NCBI GenBank assembly: GCA_951406725.2
Contig: OX597814.1
Location: 132,246,001-132,310,000, forward strand
Direction: 5' to 3'
DNA: 64,000 nt
Origin: Octopus vulgaris
Taxonomy: Eukaryota
The position numbers were made by a program, and so were the translations under genes. This document shows, one piece after another, positions 40,899 to 54,420 of the stretch. Positions within the stretch are counted from its first letter, which is position 1. Every line of letters begins with the position of its first letter. The notes beneath the pieces were generated by a model. The model did not search any database, was not told the DNA's origin, and saw only the letters and a list, made by a program, of their open reading frames with translations.

Positions 40899-43763
40899 TT
40901 GATAAAACGGTAAGATAACAAAAGAAAGAAAGAGACCTCAATATTATGTAAGTAGAGGAAATTTATCTATACAATAATATGTTACATTACTCGGTAGTCA
41001 AGATAAAACCCTGAGTTTCAGATGCCGAAGTGGAAATCCACAACACCATCTCTTCGGTTATCTGGCTATTTGAAAACGCTATGAAAAAATACCGTTAAAT
41101 AAAGGGAAATTACTGTGTTATAACTCTGCTTGCCTGCGTACTTATACATCGCTCGCATTTTTCGTCATAAAAATTATATAAAAATACATAAAAAATATAT
41201 AAAAATATATAAAAATATATAAAATCTTCTTGGGACATAACATAGAAAGCATGTTCTATCTGTTTTCTTTAGGGGACCAAAAACGTAACAGAAATTTAGT
41301 CACATGTGGGCATGATCCGAAAAGTTCTGTCCTTGTATTTAGACATGTAGTAGGGTCTAAGCTGCTTTTCCAGATAAGCCATATCTCCATGTCGCATAGA
41401 CCGCACCTTCCGCTGCCGTTGGTATAGGGCTTACATCTAGCCAAAATCTTCCATTGTATGTTATAATCGACACCTTTATCTCTTAAAGACCAAATATGAT
41501 TAGATAATTGTGTCGCTTTTCTTTTGTTCCAGTGCCTAAAGCTCAAAGTGTGGTTATTGAACCTGGCCTTGAAATTACCCTCTGTAAGGCCCACGTATTT
41601 CTTCGTCGAAACGGTGTCTTTAGTGGTTATAGAGTTTACGGTAGCTTCATATATGATGGTCTTGGACATGCAAGCTCCATTTAGCGGGCACAATTCTTTA
41701 TTCCTGCATGAACAGCTGTTTTCTTGTTGTGTTTTTTGTATGTTATGTTTGATTATGTTTTTAAAATTGGTAGTTGAACTAAAACTAATTTTTAAATTGT
41801 GTTTATTGAAGAGTTTCCTATAAGTATGGTTAACTGGAAAATGTCTATCTATCAGTGCTAGGAAATATTTACCTATATTGAAGGCCACCTCGGGTGAGTA
41901 AGGGGCATAAACCAGATGACCTTCCTATTTCTATTATTCCTTTTCCTTACTGTTGGGCTAGTGATAGGAGTATATTTTATTTTTTCCCCAAAACCACTAT
42001 CTTTTAAAGCCTTATTATAAACTGGGGCAACGCTATTGAAGATGTCCTTATCAGAGGAGAGGCTAGAAATCCTCTTACTAATATTTTTAACTAAATTTTT
42101 GAATAATATAGGGGGATGGCATGAACCTACATTAATATAACTTAGTCTATCATTGGGCTTCCTATAAGGCTTATAAATATTCTTATTAAGAACTAAGGAA
42201 ACGTCTAAGAAATTGACAACCGTCAGGTTAGTGTCTATAGTTATACTAAGTCCGAAGTGTTTCATTAACTGGATAATATCCTTCCTAAAACGATCTTGTG
42301 CTGGTCCATTTGTATTAGCTGTTAAGGCGAGGGCATCATCTTTGTAGATGGCGAAATGTACGTCAGGGAATGTCTTACCTAAGGTATCTAGGAGAAAAAG
42401 TCCAATTAGATCACAGATGCCTGCCCCATCATATGAACCGATGCTCACATCGAAAGTGCCCTCTGTGTCGGTGTTTTTTTACCCACTTTGCGTTCTCACT
42501 GAAAAGTAATGTCTTTCTAGCATGTAAGATTATGTCCTTATCATTGGTACTAATTTCTATGAAGTCGCTAGCGAAGATGAGGGCTTTATCTAGCAGTTCT
42601 TTAGAGATAGAGGCATAAAAATCAACAATATCGAATTGTGTAAGCCTCGCTTTTTTCTTATTCTTAATAGCTTTAAACCAGTCTACGACTTCTATACTAT
42701 TGGACCATTGTACTAGCCTAGTATCGGTCTTAATTTTCGTATTTATTTTATCTAAAATTTCTTTACTAATAATCCCAAGTTCTGACTTGGCTGGGTTGAT
42801 AAGCCTACATTTAGGGTTGGAAAGGAAGTTTTCTTTGTGATCTTTAATAGTAATAAAGGCCTCTTTTGTCGCTAGCTTCATTATTAATTTCGTTATATGT
42901 CTGTGCCGTAGCTTTAGTATAATTATTAATGATGCTGTTGTGTAAGAGTTGTATGTATTTGCTGTTATCTACCAGGTATAAGTTTTTAGTTTTGTCTGAA
43001 AAAAGTGCTTTTTTCTTGGAGCTTTTTATATGTTTAATATCTTTTTTCAATTTATGTTGGAAATCGTTAAAAGACTTACGAAATTTTATTTTGCTCATAA
43101 TTTTCAGCAGGTCCGCTTCGAAATCTTCCAAGCCTTTAATCCTGGGAGGGAATTTTTTGGATTTTATACGATTTTATACAGAGGGCGCTTTCGATGTGAG
43201 CATGGGTTCATATGATGGGGGCAGGCATCTGTGATCTAATTGGACTTTTTCTCCTAGATACCTTAAAGGTGTCGATTATACCATACAATGGAAGATTTTG
43301 GCCAGATGTAAGCCCTATACCAACGGCAGCGGAAGGTGCGGTCTATGCGACATGGAGATATGGCTTATCTGGAAAAGCAGCTTAGACCCTACTACATGTC
43401 TAAATACAAGGACAGAACTTTTCGGATCATGCCCACATGTGACTAAATTTCTGTTACGTTTTTGGTCCCCTAAAGAAAACAGATAGAACATGCTTTCTAT
43501 GTTATGTCCCAAGAAGATTTTATATATTTTTATATATTTTTATATATTTTTTATGTATTTTTATATAATTTTTATGACGAAAAATGCGAGCGATGTATAA
43601 GTACGCAGGCAAGCAGAGTTATAACACAGTAATTTCCCTTTATTTAACGGTATTTTTTCATAGCGTTTTCAAATAGCCAGATAACCGAAGAGATGGTGTT
43701 GTGGATTTCCACTTCGGCATCTGAAACTCAGAGTTTTATCTTGACTACCGAGTAATGTAACAT

Positions 43764-43770
<7 letters not shown>
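40899..43770 (-). mobile_element. Penelope-like retroelement with RT and C-terminal GIY-YIG (Hydra-clade-like), frameshifted, with inverted pseudo-LTR
   Basis: SDKTKNLY, FITIKDHKENF..KCRLINP, FDIVDFYASI, GSYDGA, IYKDDAL, NFLDVSL, SCHPP, CSC..CPLNGAC, IIY..KYVGLTE..FKARF..H, RCGLC..E, LNTRTEL; arms 40976-41477 and 43265-43768. Confidence 0.9.
43679..43741 (+). ncRNA. Minimal hammerhead fold in the PLE pseudo-LTR (mirror 41001-41063 -)
   Basis: agataa CCGAAGA gatg...catc-t GAAA ctc-a-gag TT ttatct. Confidence 0.72.
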
Positions 43771-43810
<40 letters not shown>

Positions 43811-44351
43811 GCATGTGTATTTTTTCAATGTGTACAAATAATAAAAAAAAAAAAAATAGATATTTACCAGGGTAGCAAAACTTCACGCCTACTTATAAAG
43901 GTAGGAATTCAAGGGTTTAGTGAAACGATTTTGTATGACTTAGATAAATTAATAAATGGAGTTAAACGCAGGTGTTCTTCAAATCTTTATACTTCGGAAA
44001 TATGTCTCTAAGGAAACATTTTTATTATTTCAGAACGAATGCCATTTTAACCGAATGACATTCGGTTAAAATGTCTTAATGATGCGTTATGTTTATCTTT
44101 TTCCCTGATGAGAAGATTGCATTGTTTATTCCTTCTGGAATAATACCAATGTTTTCTTAGAAACATATGTCGGAAGTAACATATGTAGAGAAATAATGGG
44201 TAAGTCTATTAAATGCATGTTGTTGATATTTATTATGTGTGTATGCATAATGTACATTTGTAAATGAAAGAGAAAATCAGAGCTTTTCATTTAGTAGGAG
44301 TTTTCATTTAGTTACTTAAAGCTCAAGAAATTTGAAAGAAGCATACCCAGA

Positions 44352-45415
44352 ATGGACACATTTAGTACACAAGACAAAAGGGACGACACTGATTTGATAT
44401 CTGATTATTTTAACAACGAATATGGATTTCATATGTCCGAAAACAAAAAGGCAAACCTACGTATGCTATCTAGATATTATGTTGTACGGAATGGTCAATT
44501 CTCTATCGTCACAGAACAGAGAGAGTATGAAATTCTGGAAATGAATACCGAGAAGTCTTGGTCATTCGCAATCCGAATGACCAAGACCTCAGATAAACAG
44601 AAGAGTATTATTCTAAGTCTCCACATGGGCTGTGGAGATAGTGACACTGCTCGCTGCTTGGTAATCATCTTGATGTCGAGAGAACAAAGGCTAACATTTT
44701 AGAGAGGTTTTATTGAAAAAATATGGGCAAAGACACGAAAGAGTTCGTTTTTGTCTTGTAATTGGTGTCAAAATGTGAACCCTGTTCGCAAAATTAATGT
44801 TGGAGCGCTTTATCCTTTTCTTGTGCCAAATGAATTGATGGCCCAAATGGGTGTCTATGCCACCAATTTGCCGAAAACAGATGATGGTTATTGTTGCATT
44901 GTTTTTGCATTGGATTACTTTTCCAAATGGCTCGAGGCTCGACCATTGAAAGGTCACACAGCGGACAGCGTGGAGAAGTTTTCTCTTTGAAGATGTTATT
45001 TGTTGGCACGGCTGTATAAATATCCAGATAAATGGTCAAGGAGGAGAATTCGTAAACAGAGTGCCTGCAGAACTACATAAATTGACAGGAACACAGCAGC
45101 ACATAACAAGTGATTATCACCCTCAGGCAAATGGTCTCGTGGAGCGACAGAATCGCTCTATAAAAGATGCTTTTATCAAATCCCTTCAGAACCGTGACAA
45201 CTGGGTTCAATGCTTACAAACAGTTTTGTTTGCGTGTCGAACAGCAAAACATCCTTCAATACAATTTGCAATGATCAATTTGGAAATGATCAATCTATAT
45301 CTATAAAAACTGATGTTATAGAAGCCATTCGGGACAGTATGATTTCTCGACTTGCCTCCAGGATTAGAACTGCTCAGTCCGTTCAAAAACAAGAATGCAA
45401 TAGAAAACATGAGCA
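44352..45415 (+). mobile_element. Ginger/GIN1-like (Gypsy-integrase-type) element remnant
   Basis: HHCC remnant (LERFY..CNWCQ), ALDYFSKWLEARPL, QGGEFVN, ITSDYHPQANGLVERQNRSIK; no RT or RNase H upstream. Confidence 0.75.
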
Positions 45416-45417
45416 AC

Positions 45418-46472
45418 AAGAGTACTTGGGGATATTAGAAATGGATAAATTGATGGAAGAAGAAATGACGAAAAAATTTCAAGTTGAGTACTTGCGCAGA
45501 CTGAGACTGATCCAAAAGTCAAAATCTAATGGCTGGAATAAGATTGAAACTATCAACACCTGGACAGTTTCAATCCTTGGATATGGAACGGGCTTAATCG
45601 CATAGACAGTAGACGAGCTAAACAGCTTAGAGAGAAACACAAGTAAGTTGCTGATTAGATATGGGTTACTCCACCCAAAAATTGACACAAGCAGACCGTA
45701 TGTACCATTAAAAAGAGCGGGAAGTGGACTGATTGAATACGAAGACAGCATTAGAGCAGAAGAAAACATTATAGCATTGTATGCAAAAAAAGCCACAGAA
45801 CCGCTATTATTGGAAGTAGGAAGGTTACGCTTGTTTAGGATGGAAGATTGCAAAGATAAAGCACTGTTCAAGCACTTGAGAATTAATGAAACTGAAAATT
45901 AGTGGATAAAGAATGCATGGACAATTTGATAGAGATGTTGAAGATAAGAGAGGCAGAAAAAAAATGAAGATGGTTATGAATGACTAAAATTGATTTAAAC
46001 CCGGAAACGGAGGCTTTAATTTGTGCTGCCCAAGAGCAAGCATGAAATACCAATTACATCAAATACAGAATAGACAACACATCAGAAAATGATAAGTGCA
46101 GAATTTGTGTACAAAATGGTGAACCGTATAGCATATTACACATCAATGTACGCCACTAACCCGGAAAGAATATAAGAGACGTCAGCAGTTAAGCAGTTGT
46201 GGTCGCTGAAAAATGTGATAGCAGTTCCAATAATTGTCGGAGACATGGGAACAATGAGTAAAAATCTTTAGAAGTACATGGAACATATAGAGGATGCAAT
46301 AATAGTGGAGCACATGCAGAAATCAGCTCTGCTCGTAAGAGCTTGAATAACCCTGATGGTGCTCGAAAAATAACGGTTGTTTCCTTAGTTCACTGTAGTT
46401 AACAGCCAAAACAGTGGTACGTCTCCAGTGTTCCAAGTTGTGGAAGACAATGCAATAATAATAATAATAATA
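45418..46472 (+). mobile_element. Dong/R4 3' half ending in (TAA)n
   Basis: YLGILEMD, EYLRRLRLI, LKPETEALICAAQEQA, DKCRIC, (aat)n tail at about 46453. Confidence 0.85.
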
Positions 46473-46586
46473 ATTGCCTTACTGACCTGCCCGAGAATCT
46501 AGGAAACACTGTTACCGATATAGAAAATCACGAATGCAAACAGTTTAGTTGATGTGAATGTATTTTGTGTAAATGTGTAAGCACAC

Positions 46587-46700
<114 letters not shown>

Positions 46701-47133
46701 ACCAAGCCCATAAAAAAATATATATATGTGTGTCACTGTGTCCGTGTGCGTTGTGCATCCTGAAAATTCTGTCATTGTTAGTTTTCACGGATCGGACGCT
46801 TTGTTGAGCATGTCACTCCAATTCGCGTCTGACGAAACGGCCTAGCCTTCCTGCAGAACTCATATCCTCAATTTTCTTGGGTTAAATGTCAGTGGATCGA
46901 GTGCATGTTTACTCACGCGTAAATATAACATCTAAAATATTAGCGACGACTATCAAGTCTTTTGTGAGTTACAGCTATGGTTTTCTAAATACATTTGAAC
47001 GTACACACCTATGTAAGCAAGTATGTATTTATAAGGGTATCACATGACATCAATAATGAATCAGTCTAGTAATTGTTTTTGACAATAGCTTTTCTCCTGT
47101 AACGAGGGTGCAGCTATGATTTACGTATGTATG

Positions 47134-47164
<31 letters not shown>

Positions 47165-47585
47165 GTACGTACGTATGTGAGTGTGTGTGTGTGTGTGTAA
47201 GTGTATGTGTGTGAGACTGTGCTCGCGTCTTTTTCTTTTTGGCTCTCACCACCGGTTGACAAATATTCGTTGGGATAAGTGCCAAGCTTCGAAAAACAGA
47301 CTGGTGGTAATTCACTCACCTAAAAAATCTTGAATGCGGTGTCACAGCATGGCCACATTCTCATGACCGAAAGAGTAAATACATATATACATATATACAT
47401 TTGTGTGTGTGTATCTATACATAACCTTCAAGACCCAAGGACTTATTCTTTGTAAGCCAAGTAATAATTCTATCGGCCTCTTTTGCCGCGCCGGTAAGTT
47501 ACGAGGACGTAAACACACCAGCATCGGTTGTCAAGCGATGTTGGTGGGGATAAACACAGATACACAAACATATGCACACACATAC

Positions 47586-47631
<46 letters not shown>

Positions 47632-48296
47632 AATATTAGGGAATGAATCCAAAATTACAGGGAAAAATCAGATTTAGGGTTAAATCCAATTTTATAGTAA
47701 AATATTATATAATATAATTCCAGACAAAACCACTATTTTAAAACCAAACAAGAAAAGACTTAATCAATGCATAAAATGTTAATATAAATTATTAATGGTC
47801 AGAGTACTCAACCATTCTCAGGGATGCGGGGTTCGACTCACCGTAACGACCTCTGACAACGCTCATAGGCGTAGATGTGGCTGTGTGGTAAGTAGCTTGC
47901 CTACGAACCATATGGTTCGGCTCCAGGTTCTGTCCCACTGCGTGGCACCTTGGGCAAGTGTCTTCTAATATAGCTTCGGGCCAACCAAATCTTTGTGAGT
48001 GGACTTGGTAGACGGAAACTGAAAGAAATTATTTAATTTATATTAAAATTTTATGTATTGATTAAGTCTTTTCTTGTTTGGTTTTAAAATAGTGGTTTTG
48101 TCTCGAATTATATTATATACATTCTCTCCGTTTCCGTCTACCAAGTCCACTCACAAAGATTTGGTTGGCCCGAAGCTATATTAGAAGACACTTGCCCAAG
48201 GTGCCACGCAGTGGGACAGAACCTGGAGCCGAACCATATGGTTCGTAGGCAAGCTACTTACCACACAGCCACATCTACGCCTATGAGCGTTGTCAG

Positions 48297-48369
48297 AGGT
48301 CGTTACGGTGAGTCGAACCCCGCATCCCTGAGAATGGTTGAGTACTCTGACCATTAAGCTAAACGGCCT
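48297..48369 (-). pseudogene. tRNA-like sequence (tRNA pseudogene or SINE head); partial inverted copy 47792-47853
   Basis: aggccgtt/aacgacct acceptor-like ends, A-box tagcttaatgg, B-box ggttcgactc; anticodon arm does not pair well. Confidence 0.5.
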
Positions 48370-48372
48370 TTG

Positions 48373-48416
<44 letters not shown>

Positions 48417-48595
48417 CATGATAGATCGTTAGCCACTACAAACATTTTTTCTCTCCTTGTTTTCTGCGTCCTTCTCTGTTGAAGAGCGTAGGGTCGAAAC
48501 ATAAAAGACTTTTTCTATTCCTGATCGTTATACTAATACATCTGTTTGCTTTGTACACCACCCGTCTTCGTCTTTTGTTTTATTCTGTAGACTCT

Positions 48596-48626
<31 letters not shown>

Positions 48627-48779
48627 ATCCCTTATTCTTTAATTCTTTTACTTCATTCAGACACACACACACATTCGACGAGCTTTTCTCCTTTCCGTCT
48701 ACCATATCCACTCACAAGTCTTTGGTCAGCCGTGGCTATTGTCAGACTGAACCTAGAACCATGTAGTTGGGAAGCAAGA

Positions 48780-48990
48780 TTCTTTTCAATTCTAGGCACA
48801 AGGCCCGAAATTTTGGAGGAGGGAACCAGTCGATTAGATCGACACCAGTACACAACTGGAACTTAATTTATTGAGCCCGAAAGAATAAAAGGCAAAATCG
48901 ACGTCTGTGGAATTTGAACTTAGACCTTAAAGACAGACGAAATACTGCTAAGCATTTCGCCCGGCGTGCTAATGTTTCTGCCCCCTCGCA
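48780..48990 (-). mobile_element. MetaSINE-like SINE nested in a CORE-type SINE head
   Basis: Homologous to 35761-35974; interrupts gggaagcaag...cttcttagcacagagcca. Confidence 0.8.
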
Positions 48991-51900
48991 CCCTTCTGCA
49001 GGCTTCTTAGCACAGAGCCATAACACACACAAACCTCTTATTATATGTTACGCTGAGCAGTTATAGCGGTGTTAATAAGAAGTACTCCATCTAGCGTGAG
49101 GTAAATATCGTTTAATAAATATGCACAGGATTGAAATGTGAGCTAATTTAATGCCATTCTTCTGACATTGCGAAAGTCGGACGAGCTTATATTGCATCTT
49201 GTATATCATTATGTTTACCGTTCAAGCAATGTGAAATTGCAAGAAAGAAGGAGAAACATAGTCTCGAGAGAATAAAATGATTTGAAATTATGTAGGGATG
49301 TTGTATAAGAGTTGTGTCCCTTTGAATAGGAATCATTGCTTGGTGAGGTGGATTTCACGGTGGAATTTTTGAGGCTGTGTTAAAAACTATATCATATTTA
49401 AAAGGTACAGCTCATTGAAGTAGCCACTTTACTTTGTTCAGTGGAAATACGGCTTGAAGTTCGTCGGTATGCAATTAATTTGATATGAAAATAAGAATGT
49501 TTATTACGATTGAGTTATGCGCTATCAATATAGCTTCTGTACTGTCCACCGAGTCCAGGCTAGACATGCGTAAGTTGACAAGCTCTAGCTCACAGAGAGA
49601 TTCGAAGTCGTCGGCTACAAACACCATGGTTTGGACGGCCAATGGAAGTCTTGTCCGAGGTATGACCACTGTTATATGCAGACATTTTCGTGGAACCATG
49701 GGCGGGAGCTGAGTGTCAGGTGAGACACCAAACGGACGAACAACTCCGAAGGGCATCTCAAGTTCTAACCTTACTAACCCAATCAGACAACCTATGCATT
49801 GCATTGCAGGGGCACAATAAAAACACGAACTGTCCAACTCGTCGCCTGCAGTTCTAGCAGATAACAAGTGCTTGGTTTGCGGTAGTGCCTCCTGAGAACG
49901 CTTCGGTCTAAAAAGCCAAGGCCGGACACACCGTGCCCCGTTTTCTCAAGCCATTTGATTTCCTTCTTAATGTATTAGATCTATAACACGCAAACCACTA
50001 AGATTACCTTCCATATAGAAAAATGCTTACGAAGGATTTGCTCACTTTGTTTGCAGAAAGAATTTAAGTCCTGGAACTAAAATGTCATTATGTTCTAGGT
50101 ATGTGTCGTATGATGCTTTGGTGCTTATTTGAGAGCCCAAAATTCCATGTTAACGAATAACATCTAAAATTCTGAATTCATTTTTTTGTTGTTAGCATGT
50201 AAATTACGGCATTATTCCTTAACATACTTAGATAAAATATTTTGTAAAGTGTGGATTTTGAGATTTTTCATTGGTCATTAGCCTTCCTGAAGTATTGTTA
50301 TCGTAACATGTTAAGCAAGTTGAAAACTATTTTTCGTGTATTTCTTCGATTCTTGTCCAAGTTCGTTCGTATCAGAGGTGAATATATAGTGTCGTACTAG
50401 CGAGGTAATACCGCGAAATTTATACCTGGATTAAATGTTTCATAGGCACAGAGACGAGGGTAATCTGTAAAACGGGGATAGCGTTATCTCGAAAGCGCTT
50501 TTCCTTCCAGAGTGTATCAGGAAAACTGCTTCGCTAAATTTAACTGCATATCTTTAAGGTATAGTGTTTTCATTCATGTTCAACGACTAATGCAGTCAGT
50601 GAGTGGAGGTTAACAGGTTTTATTCAGATCAGAGAATGAAAATATGAACATAGCAAAGGACACGTTATGTATTGAAATAATTTTTTTATTGATATTAAAA
50701 TCCAATTTTTTACAATACAACAAATATATGATACAAATTAACATATATATGTCTTAAGTTTTGCATTATGGAAAAGCAAGAGAAAAATATATTTAAACAG
50801 TTTTACAGTCATTCTACGGATGATAAATATAATTGTAAGTATATACGTAGAAAAAATTAAATGGTATATCTTGGAAAAATGTTTGTTCAGTTATTATGAC
50901 ATATATATATGTGTGTGTATGTGTGTGTGTGTATGTGTGTGTATGCATGCGTGCGTGTGTGTGTGTGTGTGAAGGTGCTTGTGTGCCTGCAAATACACAT
51001 ACACACCAACGCTCACGCCTACATTTGCTAGCATAAATATATGAAATTATGTTAAAATATATACAAAAATGCTTATATATATTGTGTTTCAAAGTTATAT
51101 ATTAGTTAGAATTAAATATTTATGTAAATATTACATAAAGGTTATTATGTGTGAAAATTTACTGGTGGACTGAGTACTAGTGTTTAAGTGAGCATAGGAT
51201 ATGGATGTGGTTTCAGAGAATCTAGCGGCTATCACAGTAATCTCTATCTGTTCACATGATCATCAATTACAACGTAGTGTCATGTCAAATAGGCAAGGAC
51301 GCTAGCTTTCGTTATTTGAATCAATTTGTGAATATAAAATTGTTTTGTAAAAGGATGAGCAATGATATGAACGAAAACATAAGAATAAATCGTTGCATAG
51401 TTAAATTAATACATGAAGAAATTTGTGAAACGGCTGTAAATCTACCTCACATTTATTTACTTAAATAGAAAACAAAATGACAGTCAGATATGCACTCCCT
51501 CAAGTTAATTCACGTAACATTTATGAATATTCTTCCTGTGTTTTTGAAATGTTACTCAAATGAAATGAAATGTTGTTCATTATTACCAGAATTATTACCA
51601 TTATTATCAGAATGCCAGCAAAGTAAGATAACATGTGCACTTTCATGTGTATGCAGGTCTCTGTATTAATAGGCTTTGTTGATTCGTATAATGAGGATTA
51701 AACCATGAATATCGAAGTATTTAGCGTTAGGGACATGTAGCGTATATGTAAATGCATTCAACACCATTTATCGGTATAAAATATGTATATAAAAAGAATT
51801 TTGATATAGGTTTAGGTTAAAAAAGTGGAAATGTTAATAATGACTTAAATATGATAGTAAGCAACATAATTTAAATATGATAGTAAGCAAAATAGAAAAA

Positions 51901-52311
51901 CCAAATAATTTGCATGAAATATATCTCATTTACGAAACAGCTGTTACGAAACAATACTGTTTTTTGTCAATGTATATATGTATTAAAATACTTTTAAATG
52001 TATGCTTATATACTTCTAAATGTATGAATACTTCTATACAAATGTATATATTTATATTTATAGGTACATGAGCGTGTGTATGTGTGTGTGTTGTGTCTAT
52101 GTATAAACACAGAGAGAGAATGAGTGAGAGAAAAAAGGAAATAGTGAGAGAGCACGCATTTAAATATGTACGCTTGTATGATATTTTGTGTGTGTGCATG
52201 TTTCGTATGTGTTTCGTATAACAACCACACAGTGGTTTACTTAAACTTCCATAACATTATGAAAACCATTTGTGTTACACACATTTGAATGTTTGATGAT
52301 GTTGGCCGATA

Positions 52312-52842
52312 TTACGACTCATATTCATCGTCATTTCCTCCAGATATTACATCGACTTTCCGTGCACACGCACAGGCTGTGGCTACTTCGATGACACTTG
52401 GTTTATAAACGTACAGTCCATCAACACATTCAGCTGTACGTTTCAGGAGAGTCATTGGAGTATACACCATCACACATTGATGGTTACTGTCAGAGTCCAG
52501 ACAGTCTGTACAGCGACACACGACTTCAGTACGGGATGGAGGAAAATATGTGGAATTGTGGGTAATTTTCAGGTACCATGGGCAGGTTGAACGCTCGCGG
52601 ATAATATCAGTAGATACGGAAGATGTAGGGCAAGTTTTATCCCCTACAGTCAGTGCTTGTTGGTCACTTCCCGCTGGAGCTATTTCAGCTGGTAGAAAAA
52701 AGTTATTGCCGATCGCTGCATTGTAGAGTTTCTCGTACTGGACTTTCAAGTCGTTTGGTATATTACATTGAGTAGGAATTGACGCCGAAGATATGAAGAA
52801 TACGACGTTGGTGAGGAGGAAGATCACAACTCGGAGGAGTAC
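52312..52842 (-). CDS. IL17: Interleukin-17-like cytokine, main exon (exon 1 not located)
   Basis: Intact ORF; 11 differences in 171 aa from the 27706 copy; acceptor tatcacgcag|GTA. Confidence 0.88.
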   Translation of the reverse strand, partial: VLLRVVIFLLTNVVFFISSASIPTQCNIPNDLKVQYEKLYNAAIGNNFFLPAEIAPAGSDQQALTVGDKTCPTSSVSTDIIRERSTCPWYLKITHNSTYFPPSRTEVVCRCTDCLDSDSNHQCVMVYTPMTLLKRTAECVDGLYVYKPSVIEVATACACARKVDVISGGNDDEYES

Positions 52843-54166
52843 CTGCGTGATATAAAATTAATATGGGAAAATTAGTAATTACAGTTGAATATGACCCACA
52901 GCTAAATAAATAAACAAAATCAAGTATAATATACCACATATATCGCTCACATAAACTCATTCACTTACTCTCTGACCGACTGTCTGACTAACTGACTCAC
53001 CCACTCACTCACTAACTCATTCACTTACTCACTCACTCACTCACTCACTCACTCACTCACTCACTCACTCACTCACTCACTCACTCTCTCTCTCTCTCTC
53101 TTTGCCAATGCATGTATGTGTAAATGTATTTTTAAATGTATGCTTATATACATGTAAATATATGCATATTTCTATACACGCGTATATATTTATATTTGTA
53201 TGTATATGTGTGTGAGTTTGTGCGCTAGAACAGCATAATAATTCGAATTGAGAAGTCATCATTAATTATTATTTGGATTCGAAGAATATCGTTTGTATCA
53301 TGAAAAAATAATGTAGTTTTACAAATCTGTGTAGCGAAATAGAAATACGATTACATATAACAACACTATACACTGTTCTCGAATATTTGTATTAGACAAT
53401 CCACACATGCGTAATAGAATACAGGAGAGAATACAAACTTAAATCTCAAAATATTCCCCATTCCGTAAGTTATGTGTAAAGTAAACATTAACATATTTTC
53501 GCCTTCTTAACTCTTTATTATTTAATAGATTCTCTGGTGTACTTTATTCTTGTAAATAGAGGTAATATTAAACTTTTATTATTTCATTAAATCTATGTAG
53601 TCCCTTAAATTCAAGTATCCATACCAAAAATAAGCTCAAACTAAGATAAAGTCAGCTTAGCAACATACTTTAGAGAAAGTACTACACCGATCCTATTCTT
53701 TCTCTTACACACCAATTCAAACATTTCCAGATTCCTCTAAACCATAACAGCCTTCCCCAATACCAACTCTGATCTTTGACCCCAAACGCAACTGCTCTGT
53801 TGATAACCTTCTAACTCCCCTCTCTATCCCTCACTCTACCTTCTCTCACAATTCTCTACGTTCGATACTAATCTGTCAGTCAAATTATTTTTCTCACATA
53901 ATCGTCATTTTGATTTTCCCTATCTCAACCTTAAAATCTAAAGCTTTCATACAAACTAAAAAAGATTACCATTCACTGTCCTATATTTAAGAGATGACGA
54001 ATTATGTACATTATTTACATTATTTACAATTGACGATATTTATCCTCATTTTGTTTGTTGTTAACACAAAGATACGGCTGATATATCTTCCTGTCTTCAT
54101 CAAGTGTCTTGATGACATTTCGAACCTGACTATTTTTCGATGTTGTTGTTGTTGTTGTTGTTGTTA

Positions 54167-54301
<135 letters not shown>

Positions 54302-54389
54302 AACTACTACTACTATTATTATTATTATTATCCCAAGGTGTAATCAATTTACAATATCTGTTTCTAATCTATAAAGCATATATATATTG

Positions 54390-54420
<31 letters not shown>

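Noticed and set aside
41256-43131. Naiad-type selenoprotein PLE
   Set aside because: The endonuclease is C-terminal, Cys sites are ordinary codons, and the breaks are frameshifts rather than in-frame UGA
48297-48369. Functional tRNA gene
   Set aside because: The anticodon arm does not form and the acceptor stem has a mismatch; kept only as tRNA-like
49475-49867. 130-aa minus-strand ORF considered as a novel gene next to IL-17
   Set aside because: The paralogous frame at 25.9-26.3 kb has several stops; the opposite strand fits an RTE remnant
53700-53725. ATG TTT GAA TTG GT|gtaaga considered as exon 1 of the 52 kb IL-17
   Set aside because: The donor is phase 2, incompatible with the phase-0 acceptor, and there is no homology to the other first exons
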